Assembly (NCBI GenBank): GCA_964486765.1
Contig: CAZAOA010000004.1
Location: 1-50,571, forward strand
Length of the DNA stretch: 50,571 nt
Direction: 5' to 3'
Source: an uncultured Candidatus Saccharibacteria bacterium
GTDB lineage: Bacteria > Patescibacteriota > UBA1384 > XYA2-FULL-43-10
The notes below the pieces were generated by a model. The model had not been told where the DNA came from and did no database searches. It saw only the letters and a program-made list of their open reading frames with translations. How positions within the stretch are numbered: position 1 is the first letter of the stretch; every line of letters begins with the position of its first letter. This document shows, one piece after another, positions 23,961-33,427 of the stretch. The position numbers and the translations under genes are program-made.

Positions 23961-24983
23961 TCAAAAAACTGGCTGTGGAACAATTGTCGGGTTAGTGAGA
24001 AAAAATGAGCTTGACCCGCTAGGGGCATTTCCATACTGATAAATCACAAAGTCATATATGTCATACAAAGTTCCGGATTGTCTATCTATATTTGCAATCA
24101 ATGTTCTAGTAACACCACCGAAATGTCCGACTGAGTGAATAGTAGTGTAGGGTGAAGCTATCTGGACATCACTGATCGTTGCAAACATCCCAATTTTCGC
24201 CCCACAACCGATCGGCTTTAAATACAATTCTGTTTGACCACTAAATGGTGCAGCAGTGGAGATACTGCGAATCTCGCCAAGTAGGTTATTTATTCTGTAA
24301 GTTTTAGGGTTATCATTTCTGTTGGATTCAAAAAGCTTCACGTACCCTTCCAAATTAAGGGTACTTTTGTCTGAAGGCCATAAAACAGCCTTAATCTCTT
24401 TCAGCTCACCCATAACAGTAGAAGTAACCTTAGACTCAAAATACAACTTGTCACTGCATTGCGTTTTGTCGGCCTGAACATAGAGCTTGATATCGCTATT
24501 ATTTGCAGCAACAATATTTGTAACATCAATCTTAATCGCTTCATCTTGCTCTAGCCAATAAATCTTATCATAGTCACTGTTCGCAAGCTCTGGTAATGAT
24601 AGCGCACCATCATTGTTGATGTCATCTCCATAAACATCTGCCAAGTAGTTCATGTTCAAATCGTAGTACTTTGTATCCAACTTAGAGGTTGAGATAACTA
24701 CATCACGATTCAACATATCTACACTATTTGCATCTGAAACATTGCTTCTCATCATCTTGTCCTCGTCATATGGATTTGGCAGCTGTGAATTCTTATCATA
24801 CCTGTATCGAAGCATCCCCTCCTCAATTCCAGATTCAGCCGCATAGTAGGCAATAACTGAGTTTTCATACAATGATGCAATGTTCTGATTTAAAAAGAAC
24901 AACCTACCAATTCCAAAAACGATACCACCAACGGTCGCCATTATCAAAAGCGCAATTATAAGAGCTGACCCTCTCTTCTTCAT
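23961..24983 (-). CDS. PilX-like minor pilin / pilus-associated protein
   Basis: MKKRGSALIIALLIMATVGGIVF resembles a PilX_N-type N-terminus. Contains a DINNDGALSLPEL Ca-binding-like DxNxDG loop. Confidence 0.5.
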   Translation of the reverse strand: MKKRGSALIIALLIMATVGGIVFGIGRLFFLNQNIASLYENSVIAYYAAESGIEEGMLRYRYDKNSQLPNPYDEDKMMRSNVSDANSVDMLNRDVVISTSKLDTKYYDLNMNYLADVYGDDINNDGALSLPELANSDYDKIYWLEQDEAIKIDVTNIVAANNSDIKLYVQADKTQCSDKLYFESKVTSTVMGELKEIKAVLWPSDKSTLNLEGYVKLFESNRNDNPKTYRINNLLGEIRSISTAAPFSGQTELYLKPIGCGAKIGMFATISDVQIASPYTTIHSVGHFGGVTRTLIANIDRQSGTLYDIYDFVIYQYGNAPSGSSSFFLTNPTIVPQPVF

Positions 24984-25111
24984 AATAACTAAATTATATC
25001 ATAATCTAGAAGGAATATTGAATATTGAATGCAAAGTATTGTATAAGTCTCGTTTTCATAATTTTTCAGTTCTTCAATCCTTGGATTTTTTAGTATATAA
25101 TATGAATTAGA

Positions 25112-26419
25112 ATGAGTGGAAAAGATCATAAAAAACTAGTTAACTTCATCGAAGCGATTATCTGGGTTGGCATCATAGCCCTAACAATAATCACTGTTTT
25201 GGAGTTTGACTGGAACCAGGCTCAAAATATATTGCAATACATCCTGATTGCAGGTGCAATTGCCTCTATCTACTTTTATCTCACAAACCGATCACTGTAT
25301 AAAAGGTCTCAAGGACAAAATGAAGAACTTCAACTGAAACAAAAAGAGATAAAAGAGTATCACGCAATTACCGATTTGGTGATCAATAACTCTGCGGATG
25401 GTTTTTTAATACTTGATGAAAACCAGCAGATTGAGGAGTTTTCTCCCGGGATGGAGAAGATAACAGGGTTTTCAAAAAACGAATCGATCGGAAGAGATGC
25501 AAAAGTGCACCTGAAGTTTCGATCAGATAAGGGAATCTCACTTCTTCCAGATCTAATGTTCACTGCAGGCGCAATAAGTCAAGACCCCTACGTTCGAAAT
25601 TACATTATCAATAAAGACGGCAAAGACATCACTATCGAGGCAAGTTATGCTCTGACAAAGGGCGTTAAGGGTAAAACCAAAGCCTTAGCGATCGTTCGAG
25701 ACATTACCTACGAAGAAGATTTGATTCAAAGAGATAAAGAATTTATCGCTGTAACCTCTCATCAGTTAAATACCCCCCTATCCATAATCCGGGGCTACTC
25801 CTCTCTTTTGCTCCAAGGTAAAGTTGGAACTATCTCTGCAAAACAGAAAGATTCTCTTCAAGAGATATATAACTCTGTTGAGAAGATGATAACTTTGACC
25901 AACAATATGTTATCGGTCTCGAGGATTGAGCAAGAAAAGATAAAACTTAACGTTGATGATGTAAATGTGGGAGAGCTGATCGAAAGCGTCGCAGTACTAT
26001 TTAGGCCTAAAGCAAAAACAAAAGGAATCGAGTTTTCTATTTCTGACATTAAAAATAATCTAATTATAATGGCAGATGAAGATAAACTTTTTCAAGTAAT
26101 TTCCAATTTGGTTGACAATGCGTTAAAATACACTAAAAAAGGATCAATTAAAATCGATGTAATAGACAAAGCCAACAAAGTCCTATTTAGAGTGACTGAC
26201 ACAGGAATTGGGATATCAGAAGAAGATATAGAAAAAATTGGCACTCGTTTTTTCAGATCACAAGAAGCAATCAATGTGGATAATCACGGCACTGGACTTG
26301 GACTATACATTTCAAAAACGATAATAGAAAAACATAATGGAGAATTAAATATTGTGAGCCACTTAGGCAAAGGAACAACGATAAAGGCGACCTTTCCCAA
26401 AAGACAACAAATTAAATAA
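25112..26419 (+). CDS. Sensor histidine kinase with PAS domain
   Basis: Two N-terminal TMs, a PAS-like region, H-box FIAVTSHQLNTPL, N-box NLVDNALKYT, and G-boxes DTGIGI / GTGLGL. Confidence 0.9.
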   Translation: MSGKDHKKLVNFIEAIIWVGIIALTIITVLEFDWNQAQNILQYILIAGAIASIYFYLTNRSLYKRSQGQNEELQLKQKEIKEYHAITDLVINNSADGFLILDENQQIEEFSPGMEKITGFSKNESIGRDAKVHLKFRSDKGISLLPDLMFTAGAISQDPYVRNYIINKDGKDITIEASYALTKGVKGKTKALAIVRDITYEEDLIQRDKEFIAVTSHQLNTPLSIIRGYSSLLLQGKVGTISAKQKDSLQEIYNSVEKMITLTNNMLSVSRIEQEKIKLNVDDVNVGELIESVAVLFRPKAKTKGIEFSISDIKNNLIIMADEDKLFQVISNLVDNALKYTKKGSIKIDVIDKANKVLFRVTDTGIGISEEDIEKIGTRFFRSQEAINVDNHGTGLGLYISKTIIEKHNGELNIVSHLGKGTTIKATFPKRQQIK

Positions 26420-26450
26420 TTGGAATAATTAATAACGACGAAGGAGTTTT

Positions 26451-26810
26451 ATGGCTAAGATCTTACTGGTAGATGATGAAGAAGCAATATTGAACATGTA
26501 TGGCAGTGCTCTTGTAGAGCATGAAGTTATTAAAGCAAGAAACGGTAAAGAAGCGTTAGAAATGGCTGAGAAAGATGCACCGGAATTGATTCTTTTAGAC
26601 ATAATTATGCCAAAAGAAAACGGGTTAGATGTTTTAGTGAAGCTAAAAACTGGAGATAAAACCAAAGATATCCCTGTTATAGTTTTAACAAACCTTCCAG
26701 AGGAAGCCTCCGCAGAAAAAGCAAAATCCCTTGGGTCAAACGGTTACTTCGTAAAAGCTAAAATCGAGCCAACAACATTGGCTGAAGAAGTTAACAATCT
26801 TTTGAAATAA
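26451..26810 (+). CDS. Single-domain response regulator receiver
   Basis: ILLVDDEE...LILLDIIMPKENG...PVIVLTN...K motifs. Adjacent to the kinase. Confidence 0.85.
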   Translation: MAKILLVDDEEAILNMYGSALVEHEVIKARNGKEALEMAEKDAPELILLDIIMPKENGLDVLVKLKTGDKTKDIPVIVLTNLPEEASAEKAKSLGSNGYFVKAKIEPTTLAEEVNNLLK

Positions 26811-26829
26811 ATTTTATATAATATAGTTC

Positions 26830-26858
26830 TTGAAAAGTGAGGCTTTTTTTGGTATATT
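26830..26858 (+). promoter_or_regulatory. sigma70-type promoter for tRNA-Glu (TTGAAA-17nt-TATATT)
   Basis: TTGAAA 26830-26835, 17-nt spacer, TATATT 26853-26858. The tRNA starts at 26871. Confidence 0.45.
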
Positions 26859-26870
26859 GATTGATGTTTT

Positions 26871-26946
26871 GGCGCCATCGTCTAGAGGCCTAGGACGCCG
26901 CCCTCTCACGGCGGTAACAGGGGTTCAAATCCCCTTGGCGCTACCA
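26871..26946 (+). tRNA. tRNA-Glu (anticodon CUC), CCA encoded
   Basis: GGCGCCATCGTCTAGAGGCCTAGGACGCCGCCCTCTCACGGCGGTAACAGGGGTTCAAATCCCCTTGGCGCTACCA. Cloverleaf folded by hand. Close to the classical tRNA-Glu D-arm GTCTAGAGGCC.AGGAC. Confidence 0.9.
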
Positions 26947-26967
26947 AAATAATTCGGCCATAGGTCG

Positions 26968-27177
26968 GATTTTTTATGTGGCAAGGGGTTTGAACCGGGA
27001 AGGGGTCGGGAAACGGGAGTTTCCCGTTGGAGGAAATGATTCAAAACCGTGGGTTTTGAAAAACCAGCAACTGGTTTGTGAAAATCCCCTTGCCGTGCCG
27101 GGCATAGCTTTAGCGAAGACTGGGCGCTACCATAAACAATTCAAGCTTTTGCTTAGATTTTTTATGTGGCAAGGGGT
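26968..27177. mobile_element. ~190-bp insertion-like segment at the tRNA-Glu 3' flank, bounded by 22-bp direct repeats
   Basis: GATTTTTTATGTGGCAAGGGGT occurs at 26968-26989 and 27156-27177. The interior holds a degenerate second copy of the tRNA 3' end (AAATCCCCTTG..GGCGCTACCA, 27083-27130) and a stem-enclosed three-hairpin core (26980-27094). Confidence 0.45.
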
Positions 27178-27279
27178 GAAAAACCCCTGTTGCTATAAAC
27201 TAATATCAAAATCACTCCAATTAGATGAAGTGATTTTTTCATTAGTTTTATGTTTTTCGCATTAAGTTTACGTTAGACT

Positions 27280-27798
27280 TTATATAACTAATAGTTTTGC
27301 GATCTCTTGTCCAAACAGCATTGCTGCATCTGGTCCATTTGCAGTTACAACATTTCCATCTACTTCAACCGATTTCCCGGTATAATTCGCTCCACCTTTT
27401 GTCAGATCGTTTTTTGCACCGTCCCAACAAGTTGCATTTTTGCCATTTAAAACACCTGCATTTGCCAATATTGCTGGTGCCCAACAGATAGCAGCAACAA
27501 CCTTTCCTAAAGCAACAAAGCTTTTTGCCAACCCGTGGGCTCCCTGATCATGTAGATAACTCTCTGCCCCAGGTCCACCGATAAATATGACGGCATCAAA
27601 TCTTTCAGGATCAAGGTCATCAAATGTATAATCCGGCATGATAGTTCTACCAGCGACTCCTCTACACTCATTAGCTCCAGAAGATGCCATCTTGATACCT
27701 ATACTGGCTTCAGAGAGAGCATCTTCGACACCACTTAACTCTGCATCCTGAAATTCGACGCAAGGTATAACTATTAAAACTTCATTTTCACTTCCCAT
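27280..27798 (-). CDS. DJ-1/PfpI family protein
   Basis: AICWAP nucleophile-elbow Cys motif and DAVIFIGGPG. ATG 27798 lies 5 nt after GGAGG. Upstream track codons are read-through. Confidence 0.85.
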   Translation of the reverse strand: MGSENEVLIVIPCVEFQDAELSGVEDALSEASIGIKMASSGANECRGVAGRTIMPDYTFDDLDPERFDAVIFIGGPGAESYLHDQGAHGLAKSFVALGKVVAAICWAPAILANAGVLNGKNATCWDGAKNDLTKGGANYTGKSVEVDGNVVTANGPDAAMLFGQEIAKLLVI

Positions 27799-27918
27799 AA
27801 AACCTCCACAATAAAATAATATTTTAGTAAATGTTTGGTCCACCACTGTGAGCAACGTTAGAACTGTTATTCAAGTTAATAAAGCAATTTGTATTTCAAA
27901 TCTATAAATAGTGAATCA

Positions 27919-28362
27919 TTATTCTTTTTTCGTCTTCTGTTTTGTTTTCGGACTTTTATTTTGCTTTACAGTAGGTATTGGCTCCCTATCTATAAATGTT
28001 GATTTTCTATCTGAAATTGATAGAGTAAAGTCCATTCCAACCTTTTCTAGAAATTGCATTCCCAATAAACTGTCGTTTGATGTTTCAGAAAGAGACATCA
28101 CACCAAAAATCTCTTTTCCAGCAAATCTTATTGTCCCGAAACATTGCAGATTCTTTACTTTTCTGCCATCAGCTAACACTGAGTTGCCCACACTGAGTAG
28201 CCTCAGATTAGATCTTAACCCTATCGCTAAAGGAATTTGCAAAAACCCAGTGAAGCCAGTATCTACGATAGCAACAACTTTAGTTGGTTCGGTCAATCCC
28301 ATCACTTCTACGGTAATTTCTGGTGAAAAGTTTTCAATTATTGGGTATTCGAGTTTAGGCAT
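27919..28362 (-). CDS. Retropepsin-like (clan AA) aspartic protease
   Basis: VVAIVDTGFTGFLQIP contains the D-T-G catalytic motif and the protein is small. ATG 28362 overlaps the upstream stop (ATGCCTAA), so translation is probably coupled. Confidence 0.65.
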   Translation of the reverse strand: MPKLEYPIIENFSPEITVEVMGLTEPTKVVAIVDTGFTGFLQIPLAIGLRSNLRLLSVGNSVLADGRKVKNLQCFGTIRFAGKEIFGVMSLSETSNDSLLGMQFLEKVGMDFTLSISDRKSTFIDREPIPTVKQNKSPKTKQKTKKE

Positions 28363-28660
28363 ATTGTAAGTAGTTATTTTTAAGTAATCCCACAGAGTAA
28401 AGTATCCGATTGGGATATTTATTTTTTGAATATTCAAATAATTTGACTTCATCAGAAGACGCTATCAAGAAGCCACTAACCGGCTCAATGGCAACGAACC
28501 AATTATCCTTTACGTTCTCTTTGATAAAATCACGATTTGCAGAATAAAGTCTTGCACCAAAACTGCTAAGCAAATCAAGATCGTTAGTTTCTGCTTGAAG
28601 CTTCTTACCTGGCAAAGGTATTTCTACGATATCTTCTGCTACATCAAACTGGTTCGTCAT
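28355..28660 (-). CDS. Small protein with DUF5678-like C-terminal half, partner of the aspartic protease
   Basis: ATG 28660 lies 8 nt after GAGGA. NWFVAIEPVSGFLIASSDEVKLFEYSKNKYPNRILYSVGL resembles the W-V-A-I...G-x-V-V-A pattern of that family, recalled from memory and not searched. Confidence 0.45.
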   Translation of the reverse strand: MTNQFDVAEDIVEIPLPGKKLQAETNDLDLLSSFGARLYSANRDFIKENVKDNWFVAIEPVSGFLIASSDEVKLFEYSKNKYPNRILYSVGLLKNNYLQYA

Positions 28661-28824
28661 ATTAAATTCCTCTAATATAGTTTTTTTCACTAACAACTTT
28701 AGCTTAACTTAATCACACATAATGTGCAATATAAAACATTTAACTTTGTGATCTATGCTAGAGATGCTTTTAATAATAGTACTAACCAAAATAAAAAAAT
28801 AGCACGTATGCTACATTTTCATTT

Positions 28825-28898
28825 TGGTTCGGGGACAGGGATTCGAACCCCGATTCCTTGGACCAGAACCAAGTGTCCTGCCATTAGACGATCCCCGA
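28825..28898 (-). tRNA. tRNA-Gln (anticodon CUG), CCA encoded
   Basis: Minus strand reads TCGGGGATCGTCTAATGGCAGGACACTTGGTTCTGGTCCAAGGAATCGGGGTTCGAATCCCTGTCCCCGAACCA. Cloverleaf folded by hand. Confidence 0.85.
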
Positions 28899-28969
28899 AT
28901 ATGTACAGATACTATCAGGAATAGCCCTAAACATCAATCAAATGACATAATCATAAATTCATAAAAATA

Positions 28970-29719
28970 CTACCCAAACTTTGTGTATCCCTCCGCATAT
29001 TTGCTTACCCCTAACCCCTTGCCGACGTATTCATCCATCGCCATTATCGCATCATCGTATTTTTTAACTTTGAGTTGAGTTTTAAACATCTTTATCGCCT
29101 CATTCTTGTATCTAACGTATTTATCTATCGGGAAAATGATATTTGGATTACCTATTCCCCAAACATGATATTCCCAAACCTCCGGCTTCTTCCCCGATGC
29201 GACACGGTCGGGGTTCCGACCCTCCGGGCGTCGGAATTTACACCTTATAAAAGCCTTCTTAAAAGCCTCATAGACGTTTTGATGATCATGATGCCACTCT
29301 ATACCACTGGGAATTAAAACAAGCTCTAAAGGATGAGTTTTAAGTTCTTCCAAAATATTCTCGTCCAGCTTCTTTCCTTTTGTGCCCTCTTTCATTCTCA
29401 AAAAGTTGACTTCGCTTACATCTATTATTTTCGATGCTTTAAATGCTTCTTTTTCCCTCTCAACAACCAATGAACTGTCAACGACTCCTTCGCGATTACC
29501 ACTTGCTCCATTAAAAATGTAGAGAACTCTTATAAATGCTCCCTCTTCTGACAGATGCTTCAACAATCCTGCACATCCAAAAATCGCATCATCTGGATGG
29601 GGCGCCAAAACCAAAACGTGCTTTGCATTCACAGAAGAAACGACCTTGGTTTTCAAATGATCCCGAGTAGTCGAATGAACAAATTTATCATCATCAAAGT
29701 ATTTTATTTTCAACATCAA
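28970..29719 (-). CDS. PIG-L/LmbE-family N-acetylglucosaminyl deacetylase
   Basis: VLVLAPHPDDAIFGCAG and HHDH motifs. Contains a GC-rich in-frame segment at 29190-29245. Confidence 0.8.
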   Translation of the reverse strand: MMLKIKYFDDDKFVHSTTRDHLKTKVVSSVNAKHVLVLAPHPDDAIFGCAGLLKHLSEEGAFIRVLYIFNGASGNREGVVDSSLVVEREKEAFKASKIIDVSEVNFLRMKEGTKGKKLDENILEELKTHPLELVLIPSGIEWHHDHQNVYEAFKKAFIRCKFRRPEGRNPDRVASGKKPEVWEYHVWGIGNPNIIFPIDKYVRYKNEAIKMFKTQLKVKKYDDAIMAMDEYVGKGLGVSKYAEGYTKFG

Positions 29720-30864
29720 AACTCCTTAGAAAGTCGTACATACTCATCTTCCAATCTCTTAACCACCTTATCCCAGTCAAATTTTTTAAGTCTTTCTTTC
29801 CCACCTCTAATTAATTGAGCTGCTAAGGCAGGTCGTCTTAAAAGCTCATCAATCGCTTCGGCAATCTCCTTTGGGTTTTTTGCAGGAATCAGCATTCCAC
29901 TTTTACCATTTTCAATAACATCTTTCACTCCCCCGACTTTTGTTGCCACTATCGGAACGGAAACACTCATCGCCTCCAATAGCACTATCCCAAATGTTTC
30001 TGCAACAGAAGAAAGAACAAAAACATCCCATTTCTTCACAAAAGTTAGCGGATCACTCTTTCTTCCCATTAGAGTTACATTGTGTTCAAGTTTCAACTCT
30101 TTAATCAGGTTTGAAAGATTCTTTTTTTCGGGTCCATCTCCAATGATCTCTAGAGTTGCATGCGGATGATCATCGACAATTTGCTTCATAGCCCTAATCA
30201 AGTATTCATAACCTTTTTGTGGATTCAGATTTCCAACCGAACCAAGGTGGGGAGGGTGATTGGAATGTGCGATTCTGCGTTTTGATTTTGAAATATTACC
30301 TTTAAATTTTTCAGCATCTATGGCATTTGGAATTGTTATTATTCTCTCTTTTGGTGCCATGTTGGTTTCAACCAGATACTCTTTAACTGCGCTAGATACA
30401 GCGATTATTAGATTGGTTTTATTATTTAGTTTTTTTAGAACTTTTTTCTGGAACCACTCATTAATTCCGCCAATGCTATAGTCGGCATCCCATCTGTGTT
30501 CGGTGTAAACAGAGAGTGCTCCAGTCGGAATTGCCATTCTACCCAGCAAACCTGCACGTGGTCCATGAGTATGAACGATCATCGGTCCAAACGGATTTTT
30601 GTCCGACTGGATTTGTGACAAAGTTTCAAAGATCTTTTTCTTTGCTTCCATGTCGAACTTGGATCGCATTGGAATTTTTATCACCGAAATCTTTGAAAGT
30701 TTCTCGGCCTCATTTGGCAAATTCCCAGAAGGTGAAATCAAAAACAGATCGAATTTTCTTCTGTCGATGTTTCGCAAAATTCCCAAAACATGAGTCGGTC
30801 CCCCTGAAAGATCGGAGTCCGCTATGATCTGGACTAGTTTAATTTTCCCCTTCTTCTTTTCCAT
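29716..30864 (-). CDS. Glycosyltransferase family 4 (GT-B, group 1)
   Basis: True start MEKKKGKIKLVQIIADSDLSGGPTHVL at 30864, after GGAGGGG. C-terminal E-x7-E-type region FGIVLLEAMSVSVPIVATKVGG. Confidence 0.85.
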   Translation of the reverse strand: MEKKKGKIKLVQIIADSDLSGGPTHVLGILRNIDRRKFDLFLISPSGNLPNEAEKLSKISVIKIPMRSKFDMEAKKKIFETLSQIQSDKNPFGPMIVHTHGPRAGLLGRMAIPTGALSVYTEHRWDADYSIGGINEWFQKKVLKKLNNKTNLIIAVSSAVKEYLVETNMAPKERIITIPNAIDAEKFKGNISKSKRRIAHSNHPPHLGSVGNLNPQKGYEYLIRAMKQIVDDHPHATLEIIGDGPEKKNLSNLIKELKLEHNVTLMGRKSDPLTFVKKWDVFVLSSVAETFGIVLLEAMSVSVPIVATKVGGVKDVIENGKSGMLIPAKNPKEIAEAIDELLRRPALAAQLIRGGKERLKKFDWDKVVKRLEDEYVRLSKEF

Positions 30865-30983
30865 ACCCCTCCACGACACCTTAATACTTTTCAATAGTTT
30901 GTCGTGCCCACCAAAGCGACGTTTCGGCTGCGAACCCATAGGTTTCGAGACGAACCCGAGCGACGGCTGGGCTACTCATTATC
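30865..30983 (-). promoter_or_regulatory. GC-rich conserved 5' leader element, copy G (between gltX stop and the GT4 gene)
   Basis: Minus strand reads ...CTCGGGTTCGTCTCGAAACCTATGGGTTCGCAGCCGAAACGTCGCTTTGGTGGGCACGACAAACTATTGAAAAGTATTAAGGTGTCGTGGAGGGGTATG. About 83 percent identical to copy P over ~99 nt by hand alignment. Confidence 0.5.
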
Positions 30984-32384
30984 CTATCTCAATAATTCTA
31001 TCGCCTTTTCTATCCTTTTTATCGATTCTTCTTTTTCGAGCGCTACCAAAAGTTCAATCGGTGATGGTGATCTCTCTTCTCCCGAAAGCGCTACTCGAAC
31101 CGGCCAAAAAACGTCTCCGTTGGTCAAACTATTGTTACTCACAACTCTAGCTAACACTTCTTGCAAATATTCCGCGTTCCAATTTGAGTCTTCAACATTT
31201 TCAAACTCTTCAATAACCCACTTCAATCCTTTAGCTGTTGCTTCTTTGTCTGATTTTTTGAAGACCAATATTGTCGATTTGTAATCTGGAGTCTCTCTTA
31301 GTTTTAATATATAGTCCGCTGCTTCTTTTAAAGTTTTATATCCACCACGTTTTACAATTTCAGATTCTCCAGAATTTACTTCATCGACTCCAAACGGTAC
31401 CATTAGATTGCCCAATTTACTATCTGACAATTCTCTCAAATAATGCTCATTAGTATCATTTAATTTATCTTCGTCAAATATTGCAGCTGCTTTATTTACA
31501 TTTTCTATCTTAAATTCTTTTTTTAGTTCATCAAGAGTAAAAAACTGTTTGCTATCATCTTTAGGGTTCCAGCCTAAAAATGCCATAAAGTTGATTAGAG
31601 ATTCTGACAAATACCCATCACTTCGAACATCTTTCACTGATGTTCCATTATGACGCTTGCTCATCTTCTTTTTTTCTGCACCTAATATCATCGATAAATG
31701 TGCATAGATTGGGATATCCCAACCAAACATTTTGAACAATACTATATGCTTTGGAGTAGACGAGAGCCACTCCTCCGCCCTGATTATATGTGTGATCTCC
31801 ATCTCATGATCGTCAACAACTGCAGCCAAGTGGTAAGTTGGAAAACCGTCAGATTTCAAAATTATCTGATCATCTATCAAGCTTGAATCGAATTCTACTT
31901 TTCCTCGAACCAAATCGTTGACAACGATTTTTTCATTTTCAGGCATCTTCATCCGAACAGCATAGGAGCTATCTTCAAGATCATTAATGTCAATTTTAGC
32001 ATCGCGACAATGTCCTTCGTATCTTGGAGGCAATTTAGATTTTTCCTGTTTCTCTCTATCAGCCACAAGTTTTTCTTTGGTACAAGTGCAGATATATGCT
32101 TTTTCATTATTTACTAGATCAAAGGCGTGTTTTTTATACACCTCTTTGCGATCTGACTGGATCATAGGCTTGTCAACATTATCAGGAGTAATTCCGAGCC
32201 ACTTCAATGATTCAATAATTCGTTCGACTGATCCCTTAATAAAACGCTCTCTATCAGTATCCTCAATTCGAAGTAAAAACTCTCCACCTTCTGACTTAGC
32301 AAAAAGATATGCAAAAAGAGCGGTTCTGGCTCCGCCTATGTGTAGCTCCCCTGTTGGACTTGGTGCAAATCTAGTTTTTATCAT
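30984..32384 (-). CDS. gltX: Glutamyl-tRNA synthetase
   Basis: RFAPSPTGELHIGGARTALF (HIGH) and KMSKR (KMSKS) motifs. Confidence 0.95.
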   Translation of the reverse strand: MIKTRFAPSPTGELHIGGARTALFAYLFAKSEGGEFLLRIEDTDRERFIKGSVERIIESLKWLGITPDNVDKPMIQSDRKEVYKKHAFDLVNNEKAYICTCTKEKLVADREKQEKSKLPPRYEGHCRDAKIDINDLEDSSYAVRMKMPENEKIVVNDLVRGKVEFDSSLIDDQIILKSDGFPTYHLAAVVDDHEMEITHIIRAEEWLSSTPKHIVLFKMFGWDIPIYAHLSMILGAEKKKMSKRHNGTSVKDVRSDGYLSESLINFMAFLGWNPKDDSKQFFTLDELKKEFKIENVNKAAAIFDEDKLNDTNEHYLRELSDSKLGNLMVPFGVDEVNSGESEIVKRGGYKTLKEAADYILKLRETPDYKSTILVFKKSDKEATAKGLKWVIEEFENVEDSNWNAEYLQEVLARVVSNNSLTNGDVFWPVRVALSGEERSPSPIELLVALEKEESIKRIEKAIELLR

Positions 32385-32457
32385 ATGTAAAAATACTTAA
32401 ACGCTTTTAAGTTCTATACCTAGATTATCACATTCAGATAAATTTTTCGACACACTT

Positions 32458-32814
32458 TCAATTCACAGCATTTATAAGATGCTCAATTCTTGGGGGGTTT
32501 TTGTGCATGTGCACACCGATCACATCAATCCGAATAGTACTTTTCGGATACTCCTGCTCCAACGCTTTTCCAAGTAACTTCAATTTCTGCTGCTTTTTAT
32601 ACCTAACTAAATCTTGAGCAACACCAAATTTGTCGCCCTTCACAGTTTTAACCTCTACTAAGACTATGGTATTCTTGTCTTTAGCCAACACATCTATCTC
32701 TCCACAAAACATATTATAATTGGTATCTAGTATTTTATACCCGATACCTATCAGATACTTAACTGCCAACTTTTCGCCTACATCCCCAGTTTTCTTGTTT
32801 TTGCTTTTATCCAT
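32458..32814 (-). CDS. yraN: YraN-family (UPF0102) endonuclease-like protein
   Basis: GEKLAVKYL...GYKILDTNY....GEIDVLAKD.NTIVLVEVKT pattern. Confidence 0.8.
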   Translation of the reverse strand: MDKSKNKKTGDVGEKLAVKYLIGIGYKILDTNYNMFCGEIDVLAKDKNTIVLVEVKTVKGDKFGVAQDLVRYKKQQKLKLLGKALEQEYPKSTIRIDVIGVHMHKNPPRIEHLINAVN

Positions 32815-32872
32815 ATTTATATAATATCAAAAACAGCCCTTGAGCTGGGCTGCTTTGTTATATCTTCTATAA

Positions 32873-33409
32873 TTATTTGTCTTTTTTATTCTCTTTCTTT
32901 GAATCTTTTTTTGTATCAATCACTCTGTCACCTGCGGCTGCTTTAGCTTGGGCTTCTAGTTTAGCTTCTGCGGCTGCTTTTTTAGCAGCTTGAGCTTCTG
33001 CCTCTTTGGCTTTTTCAGCTGCGATTCTAGCTTCCTCTTCTTCTGCGTTTGGCTCTTCCCAAAGTTTTGCATCCCTATTTAATTCTTTTAATCTCGCTTC
33101 CTTACCTTTCAGCTCTCTCATATAGTAAAGTTTAGATCGTTTTACCTTTGATTGTTTTACTCTTTCAATTTTGATAATTCGTGGTGAGTGAAGTGGAAAA
33201 ACTCGCTCAACACCAACTCCGTAGGACTCTTTTCGTACAGTAAATGTTCCATCGATCCCTTTTCCGTGTTTTGCGGCTATAACAAGTCCTTCAAAAATCT
33301 GGATCCTCTCCTTTTCACCTTCTTTGACTTTCAAGTGAACTTTAATCGTGTCTCCGGAGTTAATCTCTGGGACATTTTTCTTTAAGTATTTGTGAGTTAT
33401 TGTATTCAT
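32873..33409 (-). CDS. rplS: 50S ribosomal protein L19 with Lys/Ala/Glu-rich C-terminal extension
   Basis: [30 protein letters not shown]...FTVRK core, plus a low-complexity tail of about 60 aa. Confidence 0.9.
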   Translation of the reverse strand: MNTITHKYLKKNVPEINSGDTIKVHLKVKEGEKERIQIFEGLVIAAKHGKGIDGTFTVRKESYGVGVERVFPLHSPRIIKIERVKQSKVKRSKLYYMRELKGKEARLKELNRDAKLWEEPNAEEEEARIAAEKAKEAEAQAAKKAAAEAKLEAQAKAAAGDRVIDTKKDSKKENKKDK

Positions 33410-33427
33410 AATATTGTTTTAGTGGTC

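Noticed and set aside
26978-27265. 95-aa ORF spanning the tRNA-Glu flank insertion
   Set aside because: It runs through perfect hairpins, the duplicated tRNA 3' end and direct repeats. It has no RBS and an implausible composition. It is better explained as a noncoding element.
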